64,000 bases of DNA from Octopus vulgaris (Eukaryota): NCBI GenBank assembly GCA_951406725.2, contig OX597832.1, positions 69,812,001 through 69,876,000 of the forward strand, in the 5' to 3' direction. The notes beneath the pieces are model-generated. The model ran no database searches. It saw only the letters and a program-made list of their open reading frames with translations, and was not told the origin of the DNA. Numbering within the stretch: position 1 is the first letter of the stretch; each line of letters begins with the position of its first letter. This document shows, piece after piece, positions 50,926 through 64,000 of the stretch. The position numbers and the translations under genes were made by a program.

Positions 50926-52342
50926 ATATGTATATATGGTGATCGTCTGCTCCTTGTGCAGCGTCTCACCACCTCTTTTACTTATACCTTAGATCTATCA
51001 TGACGTCTGAGGTGGCTTTTGAAACCAGACAATGTATTGAAAAGACACCCACATAGATTGCATATCTGATACGATACGCATATACATATATGCACATACA
51101 TATATACATATATGTGCGTACACACGCGCGCACACACACACACATGCAATTGATATTTGGCAGAGGTAGCATAGTGAGTCAAGCCCCGAGTGATTTGTAC
51201 GTTGGCATGTATATATATTTATACATACTGGTGAGGATGTATACGTTCATATGTGTCAAATAGAATGTTTTGTCAAGTTTTTCTCGTTCTTTGTGTTCTG
51301 AGTTTAGGCGCTTCCTGGGTCAACTTCATTTTTAATTCTTTCGAGGTCGCTAAATAAAATACCTATCGAGGAAGGTGTTTTGCCGGAATTTTAGAAAGCC
51401 ATACGGGTTTATGTAGAGTCTTCTGTTTTGATTGTGTGCTTCTGGTTTCAAATTTCGCTTCCGTGATAGGTCTACGTATATATTACATTCGTAAACCTGT
51501 GGCTTAAATGTTGTTGGCTGCAGTTTCATGCCAATAAAGCATTAGGCGTTTTGCGAGATGAAATCTAGAATTCCTGTATGAGTAGCTGCAGACTTGATTT
51601 GAATTCGTAATGAATTGTTTTAACCGACATAGAACTTTTTGGAAGCGTTGCTCAACCGAGGTCGATATACAGAATGTTTGCGAATCCCCTTATCTATGTA
51701 ACCGATTCAAATTGTAGGCTATCCTAACGGTTATATGATACATACAGTCAACCATTTCGCAATTTTCCTGTGTGTCTTCTTTGATAGATAGTGTGAATGC
51801 TTTCTCATTTACAACAAAAAGAATTCAATGCACCCCAGTCTCCTGAAATCGAAATCACTGTAATGGGGGTTGTACGAGGCAAGACTAAAGCAACACCGTC
51901 GTTAATCTTTGATTCATTTCTCAATCTTAATGGATCCATTGTGCTTATCAATATTTCATAAAGGATTATTAAATGCATTAAAATAAGTTTAGGTAAACCG
52001 CCAACATCAAATCTCGTTGTCGAGGAAGCTGCCGCAAACAAGACATTGGATGTAGTAACTGCGACAAATATTATCAAGTCAATAAGACTGAGATGAAAAT
52101 AGTCCATCAAGATGTAGTAATTGCTTTCTTGTAGAGAATCCACGGGGGACACCGGCATAAGTAGTTTTAGTCTTTATAAGGGACATCTGTGGCCGTGGTT
52201 GAAGGTCGGGTTTTGGACTTTGAAGATATTTCATATGGTCGAACTTCGTCCAATTCCTTCTCAAAATGATAACGGTTGCCACTGTCAAATGACTGAAGCA
52301 AAGAAAAGAATAAAATATATATATATATATATATATATACAT

Positions 52343-53028
<686 letters not shown>

Positions 53029-53157
53029 TATATATATATATACATACATACAACCATATATATATAATATCTACATTTATCTATCTCTCTATCATTCTAT
53101 ATTTGTATGTATATACATATTTGTATATACATATTCTATATTTGTATGTATTTATAA

Positions 53158-53200
<43 letters not shown>

Positions 53201-53236
53201 AAGGTGTAATTATGTATATATGTATATAAATATATT

Positions 53237-53305
<69 letters not shown>

Positions 53306-53460
53306 AGGCTTAGTGGTTAGGTTGTTGATCGTAAGATTGTGGTTTCGAATTCTGGAGCAGGCGATGTGTTGTGTTCTTGAGCAAAACACTTCATTTCACG
53401 TCCACTCGACTGTTAAAAATGAGTAATCCTCTCACTGATCGTTGTTCCGTCCATCACGAT
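53306..53460 (+). mobile_element. SINE family C, diverged and deleted
   Basis: ggcttagtggttagg...gtgttcttgagcaaaacacttcatttcacg. Confidence 0.7.
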
Positions 53461-54679
53461 CAATATATACGCCAGAAACCGGGTAATTGACCCGTATGTT
53501 CTTTACCGAGTAATGTGATGTAAAACGTTATTATCTTAAATATCTTAAAATTTCTTAAATTTCTTATCTCTAAATAAATAGAATAATTTCTGTGCACATT
53601 CTCACCAAAGGATCGTTGCCAAATAAATAGACTGCATCGATACTTAAACTTACAACAAAATAGGAACAAAGAAAATATGTAATTAATTGATAAAATAAAC
53701 AACGAGAAAGCAACAAAAACTCACTGCAAGATTTATCTGAACACAATTAGAAATTATACAATAAGTTTAAAAATAAATACAATTTCTATTTCTATAAATT
53801 GGAACATCATTCTTCGGTCCTTGTGACCAATAAAAGAAATCATCTGTTAGTGATGTTGTTGTTGTTGGTGTAGTTTCTGTTATTTGTGTCGTTTTATCGT
53901 ATTTTAGTATGTATCATTATTACGACTATTGATGGTGTTTTTGGTTTCTGCTATAGAAGCTGTTACTTCCATACGGAGAGATAGACCGGTGGCCTCACGG
54001 AGGTAGATTCTATCGTTTTCCGTTGTATTGGAAACAAGAACAAGCGCAGCAGTAATTTGGTAGTGGCACGAGTGACAACAAAGAGGGGGATAAGAAATGA
54101 AGAACAACAACAACAAAAACAATATGATAATGATGATTAGAAAGGTAAATGTGCTTATCTTACGACTGTATCATACACACATACTTACAGGCTACTTACA
54201 GATGTGTTTGTGTGTGTGTGTGTGTATAATATATATAGGCATATACACATATGTACACATACACACTCATATATATACATACACAGGGATTTATATAAAT
54301 GAGTATGTGTGTACCTATATACAAATATGTGTGTATGTTTTCATGTGTGTGTGTGAGAGAGAGACAGACAGACAGACAGAGACAGAGAGAGAATATAAGC
54401 CGTCAATCGATACTTGTCTTTGAACTACTTTCCGATGCTGATCAAGACGATCTGAGAATCGTTTTATCTTCAAATTAGAGACAGAAACGATTGATACTTA
54501 TTCAACCAAGTGTGGGTGCAAACAGACATAAATATACGTCTTGTACGGAAATACATACATACACACACACTCACACACATATATATGCACGCCTCTATGC
54601 ATATATATATATATATATATAAATATATGCATATATGTCCATATATATCTACACATATATATATGTATATTCTCTTTTA

Positions 54680-54887
54680 CTCTTTACTCTTTTACTTGTT
54701 TCAGTCATTTGACTGCGGCCATGCTGGAGCACCGCCTTTATTCGAGCAAATCGACCCCGGAACTTATTCTTTGTAATCCCAGTACTTATTCTATCAGTCT
54801 CTTTTGCCGAACCGCTAAGTGACGGGGACGTAAACACACCAGCATCGGTTGTCAAGCAATGCTAGGGAGACAAACACAGACACACAA

Positions 54888-54952
<65 letters not shown>

Positions 54953-55122
54953 TATATACGACAGGTTTCTTTCAGTTTCCGTCTACCAAATCCACTCACA
55001 AGGCATTGGTCGGCCCGGGGCTATAGCAGAAGACACTTGCCCAAGATGCCACGCAGTGGGACTGAACCCGGAACCATGTGGTTGTTTAGCAAGCTACTTA
55101 CCACACAGCCACACCTGCGCCT
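54680..55122 (-). mobile_element. tRNA-derived SINE family B, complete, with internal (TA)n/(TG)n
   Basis: Head with A/B boxes (ggctgtgtggtaag; gggttcagtccc), central microsatellite, 3' body and AAAAGAGT-type tail. Confidence 0.9.
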
Positions 55123-55299
55123 ATATATATATATATACATTATATATACATATATATATAAATATATATATACATACATATATATATATACATATATATA
55201 TGCATTATATATATGTATATGTGTTTGTGTATATATACATACGTAAATATAGAACGATGAAAATGAATACTCAACAACGCATTTGTTGTTATATATATG

Positions 55300-55360
<61 letters not shown>

Positions 55361-55634
55361 GCATATGCATATGCAAATATATGTTGGTATACATGCATGT
55401 ATACATATATAACCCATTTAATATCAATATTTCACTCCTGATGAGTTTCGACTCTTGGACTGGTCGACTTGTTCTATTCCTGTATAAAGCTCACCAATTC
55501 CACACTACTTCTCTCAGCTCATCAAGAAATAGGCACCAGTGATGACCGAAAGTGGATCTCACTCTGAAAGGCACTGACGTTCATTTATGGATTGGCGTTG
55601 TTTTACAAGAAGCATAAATATGATTCGTAAGTAT

Positions 55635-57060
55635 TTAGATATCATCCACTGTATGAGCGACTAAGTCACAGTCATCTGCATAAAGGAGGTCACGAATAAG
55701 AGACTGGAAAACTTTTGAATTGGCAGCAAATCGCCTCGGGTTAAAAAGACGGCCAGAAGATCGATACCTAACATATATCCCAGTGGAACTGTCCAGAACA
55801 AAAACATGAGTAAGAATAGAAGTAAAGTACACAGAGAAGAGAGTTGGGACAAGGATTTCACCCTGCTTGACACCATTCTCTACAGGAATGGGTCCTAACA
55901 TGTCACCACCAACACTGACCCAAGCCTATATCCTATCATGAAATGATTTGATTATAGATACAAAGTTATCTGAACATCAAAGTTTGCTAAGTATTTTCCA
56001 CCGGAAGGCCCTATACACAGTATCAAAGGCTTTGGTTAAATCAATGAATACCTGGACAAGATCCATATTCTGCTCGTAGCATTTCTCTTGCATCTGTCTC
56101 GCTGTAAAAATCATATCCATCGTTCCCCTTCCAGATCACCACCAAATCGTAGCACCTCAGCACAAATTCCATCCTTACGTGCCCCTTACAAAGATTCAAT
56201 TTTCTTAATGCTGTCCTTACCTCATTTTATTGAGGGCGTAGAATTTAAGGAGCTAATGACAGGTCTTTGTTGCATAATGCTAATCACTGTTTCGTCCACA
56301 AATGGCTCACAGAGTTCAGCAAAATGTTCAATCCAGCAACCTGTGATCTCTTTTCGTTTAGTAAATGCTTGGAAAGCAAAAGAACTGATGCAGAGCTCTT
56401 AGGCCCGTAAACTTCCTTCGTAAGATGGTAAGTTTCTTGCTGACATTTGCATCAGCAGTAGCCTGAACATGTCGAGCAAGATCCTCCCACCAGGTATTCT
56501 GCATCTTCCTGAGAGATTGCTGTAGTAGTGATTTTACACTGCTGTAGCGGGCAACTGCTAGATTTCGCTACATACCTGAAAGTCCTCTGTGCAAGTAATA
56601 CACTGCGAGCATGGAGCTTTACGACCAGAAGTCGCTGAACTTCAGCATCATTTTCATCACATCAGTCTCTGTGTCTGGCGGTAGCATATCACAGTGTTTC
56701 AGAAGCACATTGAAGAAACCTGGTCTCGAAAACCTTCCCATGCTGTAGTATTTCCAATGCTGGATAAACGATTCTGAAGCTCTTTCCTCACCACAGCGTC
56801 ATATATCTTATGAATATTCAGACGCCGCGGAATGCTTGCTGACCTTTTTCTTTCATTCTGATCATCACCCGGAACTTTGCTCGCACCAGTCTCTGGTTCG
56901 TCCAGCAGCCCTAATCATGAATGGACTTGACATTACAAATGTCATTGATGTTACGCTTACGAATGATGGCATACTCCAGCAAATACTAAACTATAAACCT
57001 TGGGTGCATCCACGTTATCGTGCGATCACGTCTGTACATAAAATGAGTGCTTGCGATGTA
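55635..57060 (-). mobile_element. Degraded RTE (BovB-like) LINE: end of APE endonuclease through RT
   Basis: TWMHPR..CWTNQRLV (APE end); VFIDLTKAFDTV, NGVKQGEILVPTLFS, DLLYADDCDLVAH (RT). Confidence 0.9.
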
Positions 57061-57117
57061 ACGTCAGTATACTTCACAAAGCTCCAGAAGCATGAGACCA
57101 ACTCCTAAAGGCAAATT

Positions 57118-57397
57118 TATACATACATACATACATACATACATACATACATACATACATACGTACATACATACATACATTCATACATGCATACACACAT
57201 TCATGCATACATACACACATACATACATATATACATGCATACATTCATACATACATACATGCATGCATTCATACATACATACATACATACATTCATACAT
57301 AAATACACACATACATACATACATACATACATACATACATACATACATACATACATACATACATACATACATACATACATACATACATACGTACATA
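57118..57397. repeat. (TACA)n microsatellite array
   Basis: Direct inspection. Confidence 0.95.
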
Positions 57398-58430
57398 GGT
57401 ACATTGTACGCGTTGGCCCTGAAATCCTCAAGAACCACTGACTTCCTGATGATCTATACAGTTCCAAAACAGCTGGGCTTTCTTATCTCCGAGGAGACTT
57501 GTATGGAAAGCCCTCAGCATACAAAAAAAGAAAAGAGAAAAAGACTATGCATGGGTATGTTGCCCGGAAGCTTGAAGAAGACAGTAGAATTGACACGAAG
57601 CATAGCCTCTCTTGGACACAAGACCACTGCATCACATCACAGTTTGGGAGCTATACACTTGCAATACAGGAATAGGAGATTGCCACAAAGTACCTGGTGA
57701 ACAAGAGAGACAGTGCCGCTCTTGTAATCCCAACGTGCAACCGCATGTGTAGGCTATGACATGTTTCTGTGGAAGACATCACGCATGTGTTTAGCAGCTG
57801 TCCTAAAATGTCATCACGGTACTACCTCCCTATGCGGCACGATGTTGTTGCTAAGGCAATTTACAATGCCGTCCACAAAAAGGACTCTCCTGAAATAAAC
57901 TTAGAAAATCCCTCTGTTAGGGAATATATTCATAAACACCAACTCAAGGAATTCTGGTGGAATATTCCCATCAAAACGTCTGTCAAATGTAAACATTACA
58001 GGCAGGATATTGTTGTTTAGGACAAAGAGGCAAAGGTATGTACCATCATAGTGTCCAGCAGCCCTGCAGATATAAATATCTCTAAATATCAAAGAAAAAG
58101 AAGCTATATATGAACAACTGTTTCGAAACCTCCAGCTTCTGTAGCCAGACTTCACATGCATACCAATAATAATTGGAGCACTAGGTTTTGTTAGTCAATG
58201 CTTAAACGGGAATCTGGATAAACTGGGATTTTCAGAAAGAGAAATCGACCGGCTAATTCGTACATTATAAGTGCATTCTGTAAGCGGAACAGTAAAAATA
58301 TGCAAGACTTTTCTTAAGTTCCAAATGTGAATTTGTGTGTTAACTACATCCTAAAGAAGGAGCCTTGTATCTTGTGGGAAAACAGTTCACTCCCTCGGTG
58401 GAAGATTTATAGTAATTAAAAAATAGAAGA
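57398..58430 (+). mobile_element. RLE-type non-LTR retrotransposon 3' part, flanked by (TACA)n
   Basis: CRL..VEDITHVFSSCP..RHDVVAK..FWWNIPIKT..HYRQDIVV..IPIIIGALG..VSGTVKICKTFLKF*; (TACA)n resumes at ~58431. Confidence 0.85.
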
Positions 58431-60593
58431 TACATACATACATACATACATACATACATACATACATAACAGCATCGGAGCCAGGTATAATGTTTGTTAA
58501 AATATGTTTGTGGCATATTTCAACTCCTAAAGTCAAATTCACTGTAGCTACCGTAGTGAAAAAATTATCTCTTGCAGTAAAAGGTGCAAATACTCTACCT
58601 GTGACAACTGGTTTACTCTATCGGTTTCTCAGCCGTGCCTTCCTGACATTTGGGCTTCGTCGTTGGGAAATATCGAAGAGAGATGAGACAGTTTTATCTA
58701 GAAAGCAGTGAACATCAATGTGATTTAGTAGCACTAGTGGTTCGCCTGATTAGAATTAAAACGGCAGCATCAGCATCAAGCAGTGATTTGGAATAATCAA
58801 TCTTTAGATTAGTTGAAATATGCTCGTGGCATATTTTAACTTCTAAAGGCAAATTCTCTGCAATTATGGTGAAGAAACAAATCCCGATTATGGTAAAAGG
58901 GTTAAACATATCATATTTGCTCAGTACTTCTCTCTTCAAGTTTTCGGACGCGTGTTTCTGGCTTTTTACCGTTGCTCAATGGGGAGATACATGTATAATG
59001 TATGTACGTACGTATGTATGAATGTATGTATGTATGTATATATGTATGTATGCATGTATACATGTATGTATGTATGTATGTATGTATGTATGTATGTATG
59101 TATGTATGTATGTATGTATGTATGTATCTATGGTTAGCAAGTAAAAACGAAGCAGTGAGCGATAAGGATAATATAGAAAGATTTTATGGCTTTTTAATAT
59201 TCTTATTAAAAAATAAATATTAAAAAATAAATATTTGCAAGAAATTAATCTTTGGTATCATTAAAAGACCAATTCCTTTACATTTCTTCTCTCTTCCTGC
59301 CCCTCTCCCGCCTTTTCACTTTCTGTTTGTCTGTCTGCCTGTCTCTCTCCCCCGCTCTCTCTCTCTCTACCTCTCTCCCTCTTACTTTCCTGGCAAGAAA
59401 TGTTTACAATGTTGTAGAACAATCGTCTGAGAATTTGACAGAAGGCATTTCTTTGAGGCTTTGATAAATCACACACGCGAACACGCGAATACACACACGC
59501 ACACACATATCTGTATATACATAGAAATATATATATATATATATATATACGTTTGTATCTATGTGTGCATGCAGGGAGGAGTGTGTGTGTTTGGATAATA
59601 AACAGAAGCCAAGAAGGAAACATCGTAATCAGCGATAATTATTTGTGTTCATTTTGTTCCTGTTTGTTTCTTTGTTTCTTCGTTAGTTTTACTCTCGATT
59701 TCTATGTTTTAACTGTGTTTGAGTGTTGCTGTTGTTGTTGTCTTTTAGAACTGTTTTGTTACTTCCCACTCTTGTTCGTATATCAAGCGTTTCACAGTCA
59801 ATGGAATATGTTCAAAGAGAATGACCTAGAATATAAGAAGTTGGAAGAATTTGAGAAGAGGTGGAATGAAGGAAGGACGGTGGAAGGCAATAAGAGACAA
59901 AGAAAGAGATTAACGTAGAGGCTGTGAAGGAGCCAGAATGAAATCAACTGAGAAAGAAAAGAAACTTGAAAGATTGGAAGATAGAAACAGTTGAAAGAGG
60001 AAAGGAAGGAAGGAAAGAAGAAATGAACAAATGAAGAAAGGAAAGAAAAAAAGAAAAAAGAAGGAGCTAACGAAGAAATGAAATGAAAAAAAGGGGCCGA
60101 ATGAGAGAATAACACGCACAACAATAAAATTAATGAAAACTAAAAGAAAAAGTGAAGAAAATAAAGAAAGGAACAAAGAAAAAATGAGAAGGGAAAAAGG
60201 GAGGAAAGAAGAAAGAGAGATAAATTAGGGAGAGAGAAAGAAAGAAAGAATGAAAGAAAGAAAGAAAGAAAGAAAAAAGAAAGGGAAGAAATAGAAGGAA
60301 AAGAAATGGTGAATTTGGAAGGAGATGCATAACAATTTATACATCAATATTTTATGGCAACCAACAAAGCAAAGGTATATATGTAGAAAACACACACATA
60401 CACACACATACATACAGATATTGTGTGTATGTATGCGTATTTGTTTGTGCATGTGTGTGCGTGTGATTAATTGAATGCTTCACGTTGTTTTTTTGCCCTT
60501 TCATTTTAGTTTCTCTTTGTTGTTGTTGTTCCAGCCATTGATTTTGTTGTTGTTGTTGTTGCTGCTGCTGTTTAAGCGTCAGGTCAGCTTTAC

Positions 60594-61030
60594 CTGGACA
60601 GAACTGTAATGGAAGTTTTTGCAACCGTGACCTTCCCTGTTTAATGAATCTGTAGTTACCTTGGCAAGACATTAAACTGCATCCTGTAGTGTAGCTCTAG
60701 ATCACGGTGTTGGTGGTGGGGGGTGCGAGATTGTGTTGGTGGTGGTGGTGGTGGTGGGGGCGGGATGGTATTGTTGTTGTCAGTGGTGGTGGTGGTGGTG
60801 GTGGAGAGTTACCTCTCTTCATTATTGTTGCCAAGTCTGCTTAGTACCCGTCAAATGAGCCTGTGGTCAAAATATATGGGAAGAGGGTTGCCATCTAATC
60901 GTGCGTCGAGTAGACCCACAATTTTGTAGGCTTCTTCTGGTTTCTCGCAAACGAGTCACAATACCTTAGGATTAAATGCACCCTGCATCTCAAGGGTAGG
61001 CCCAGTGGAGGGGGAGGTTGACAAAGTAAC
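60594..61030 (-). other. Candidate minus-strand exon (5'UTR or non-coding, possible ATG at 60672)
   Basis: Strong acceptor cttcccctcttttatttctag; donor CCAG|GTAAAG; only the last ~90 nt are open, with MSCQGNYRFIKQGRSRLQKLPLQFCP from the ATG, ending in phase 1. Confidence 0.35.
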
Positions 61031-61960
61031 CTAGAAATAAAAGAGGGGAAGTCACAGGAAAATTATTACTGTATTTGCATCTTAAGATTTAGGTAAAAAG
61101 ATTCCTAACTTCTGACTCAGTAAGCATGGAATATGAAGAGAGAGACAGAGACAGAGAAAGTGATTGAGAGAGATATGACTCTACTATCTAATGAATCCTT
61201 TCATTCAAAAGTTATTAAGATGACCAATGTGTGCTTTGAGGATCCACCAACCTGCTGTGTCCAATAAACCCTGCAAACTCAAAGAACTACTTTCATTGGC
61301 TTAATTTCCCTTATGGCTGTTGATGTTGTTTATAGATAAGCAATGACCGAGGGAACATTCTGTCCAAAAGCTTAGCCTAAAACGAATACTACAACATTCT
61401 TGATCTAACTTGGAGCTTACTTATTTAGGACGAAAGTGTCTGATTTGAGGCAGGTTTAGCTGTTATTTATTGGGGTTAGTTCAAGTCCTGCAGAGTTCAA
61501 CTTTGCTTTTCATCACTTCAGATTCGACAACAAAGGATCTGTCAAGTAGTGGTATCGATGTAGTCGACTCAGCACCTCCATCTAAAATTACTTGTGAGCC
61601 ACGCACAATTTGTAAAACTTTATAACGGATCGAATGATTCAACAAAGCTCTCTCGTAGCCGAGCTAAATGATTCGGTCTTTTACATAGGAAAGCTGTTTG
61701 GGCAGGATTAAGGACATTAAAACACCACGGTTATCGGTTGGGGATAGTGGAATCATGGTAAAGCTGTTAATTCATGGAAGGAAAAAAATGCAGGAAATAA
61801 TATAGATGGAGGAATTTTTAAAAGAGGATCAAGATCAGAGGCGGATCTTATTATAGACGTTTGTGAATGAGTTGTATAAACGAATCTATTGATGTAAGGA
61901 TGAGCGTACGCCTGTCTACATGTATGTATGTGTGAATGTATATACATTAGAAAAATGTTA

Positions 61961-62021
<61 letters not shown>

Positions 62022-62764
62022 ACATGTATATATGTATACATATATATATATGTATATATGTATATATATACATGTATACATGTATATATGTATACATATA
62101 TATATATGTATATATGTATATACATATATATATATATATGCATGTGTGTGTGTATACATACATATGCATATATATGTGTGTATATATACGTATATGCATA
62201 CACACATTTACACATCTACGTATATGGCGTTCAACAAAGCCCTCTTGAAATCACGAAATATCTCTTATTCATAGCGCACCATGGCTCTATAGCGATAGAA
62301 CAGAGATAGTGTGAAAGCTACGGTGTTGGTGAGGTACATTTTAATGTATGCCTCTTACACGAAGCAGTCGTACCAGCTTCACAGCATTCACAATTTTTCT
62401 GAGGAAATGTGCAAACACATTTCATAGAGAAGAGTATTATATTTCGTATAATACACCTTTCATATGCTGTATTATCTCATATTATTTTATTACCTCGATT
62501 TGTAGTTAGGCTTTGATACTTATAAAATTCATAGAGTTTTATAGCATTTTATCATAGATTTACCGCATATGTATTAATACATTTATACATTCATACATTT
62601 AACAGGCATTATATATTATCCTTAGAAACTCGTATAAAGAAGTGTATATAAACTATAAATTGCAATTTTAACACGATGTTTTATATATACATGCATGTGT
62701 ATGTGTGCATCATATGTGTATGTGCATACGTACATACATATTTATGCCTTTTCAGCGAAGTTTC

Positions 62765-62805
<41 letters not shown>

Positions 62806-64000
62806 TATACACACACATACACGTATATACATGCATACATACATACATTTATATATGCATACATACCTACCTACCTACATACATACATGCATACAAACAT
62901 ACATGCGTACGTACATGTATGTGTGTTTATATCTTTATTCATATATGAATATATGCATATGAGTGTTTGTGGTGATATAAAGAAAGAAAGAAAAGAAGAA
63001 AGAAAGAAAGAAAGAAGGAAAGAAACAAGGCAAGAATTTCTTGCCAAGATTCAAGATAGAATGTGATAAAGTGGGAGACGTTTACATAAAAAGGTGTTGT
63101 GCTGCATAAGAGAAATTGAATATCGTGTTGAAAAGGATATTTTACGTATTTAAATGGCTGTGCACCTTCCACTTTGCAGAACCCGAGGAAAAAAGGTGAT
63201 GGTATGAATCAGCAGCAAATTATTCTCCAAGAGTATTGGTAGAATTTTGGTTATTTCGATTGGCGTCGGGGAGAAAAAGAGTATGATTTGTTTTTCTTTA
63301 TTGTTAAGAGTTCATTGGTGAATAAAGTGAGTGAAAAATGCTGTTGGCCTAGTTATGGTGTATTGTGACGGGGGAATGTAGTGTTGGGTTGATGTTGTCA
63401 GCAAGGGTGATAAGACATAGAAGGGTTTATGTGTGAGTAGGAGGCATGGATGGGGGAAACAATGTTCAGAAAGATGTTGGTCAGAATATTGTAGAAATTG
63501 AATCAAATATCAATAAGATTAACTGTGTCGAATGCACGTGCAAAGTTGTAAACAACTCAGAATAATTACCGAAAGACGCCATCTGCAAGAAAAAGCTAAA
63601 GTTAAGTCAGCTGCCCTCTTGAAAGTGAAGTGTGCCTGAAGCAAACGAATGGATTAGGCATAATCTCGTTATATAATGACAGTTCCACTTGGCATAGTAC
63701 ACGGACGGTTAAGCTGAGTAATTTCTCAAAGGCTTTCATTTATGCTATCAAGCATTAAATATGCTCAGCTAATCCTTTCTGCAAAGTTATCGTACAGTGA
63801 CGTTATGTGAATGTCATAAAACATTCCCTGAGTAGCTATTAGTCCTATTGCAGATTTTATTGAAAACTCGGAATTACTGCTGCTATAGCAAAACCTATAC
63901 CATCGAACAATGGATTTTATAGTTAAGACGTTCACTTGGAAATGGTTCCGTCTATGATTGTATTATGACATAAACTTAGACATTTCTCATTCCTCTTAAC

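Noticed and set aside
51805-52158. 117-aa minus-strand ORF in unique sequence
   Set aside because: No recognisable motif and no convincing splice sites
55437-55530. ctgatgag at 55438 as an HHR
   Set aside because: No stem II closed by GAAA; ctgatgag instead pairs with a downstream ctcatca
57445-57478. ctgatga...aaaacagctg as an HHR
   Set aside because: No stem II, no GAAA, and it lies in LINE coding sequence

Overview
This is repeat-saturated, AT-rich eukaryotic DNA with no prokaryotic features. The microsatellite load and the three tRNA-derived SINE families suggest an octopus/cephalopod genome (inference). Most ORFs in the supplied track are microsatellite artefacts. Main content: (1) many Penelope-like element (PLE) insertions in (TA)n tracts. 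One at 17.3-20.3 kb carries RT (YRDD) and a GIY-YIG endonuclease; there are two further GIY-YIG remnants and several non-coding fold-back derivatives. At least seven different termini carry minimal type-I hammerhead ribozyme (HHR) motifs, three with non-canonical cores (CCGANGA, CUGAUGC), and most are present on both strands because of the inversion. (2) Restriction-like-endonuclease (RLE) LINEs: R4/Dong-like in (TAA)n, one in (TACA)n, one HERO-like. (3) RTE LINE fragments and a short non-autonomous RTE derivative. (4) Tc1/mariner elements: a full-length DD34D mariner, a DD36E remnant and others. (5) A Helitron/Helentron-like non-autonomous element and short fold-backs. (6) A few splice-site-bounded candidate host exons of unknown genes, best at 5799-5992 on the minus strand. 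All calls are by eye and boundaries are approximate.
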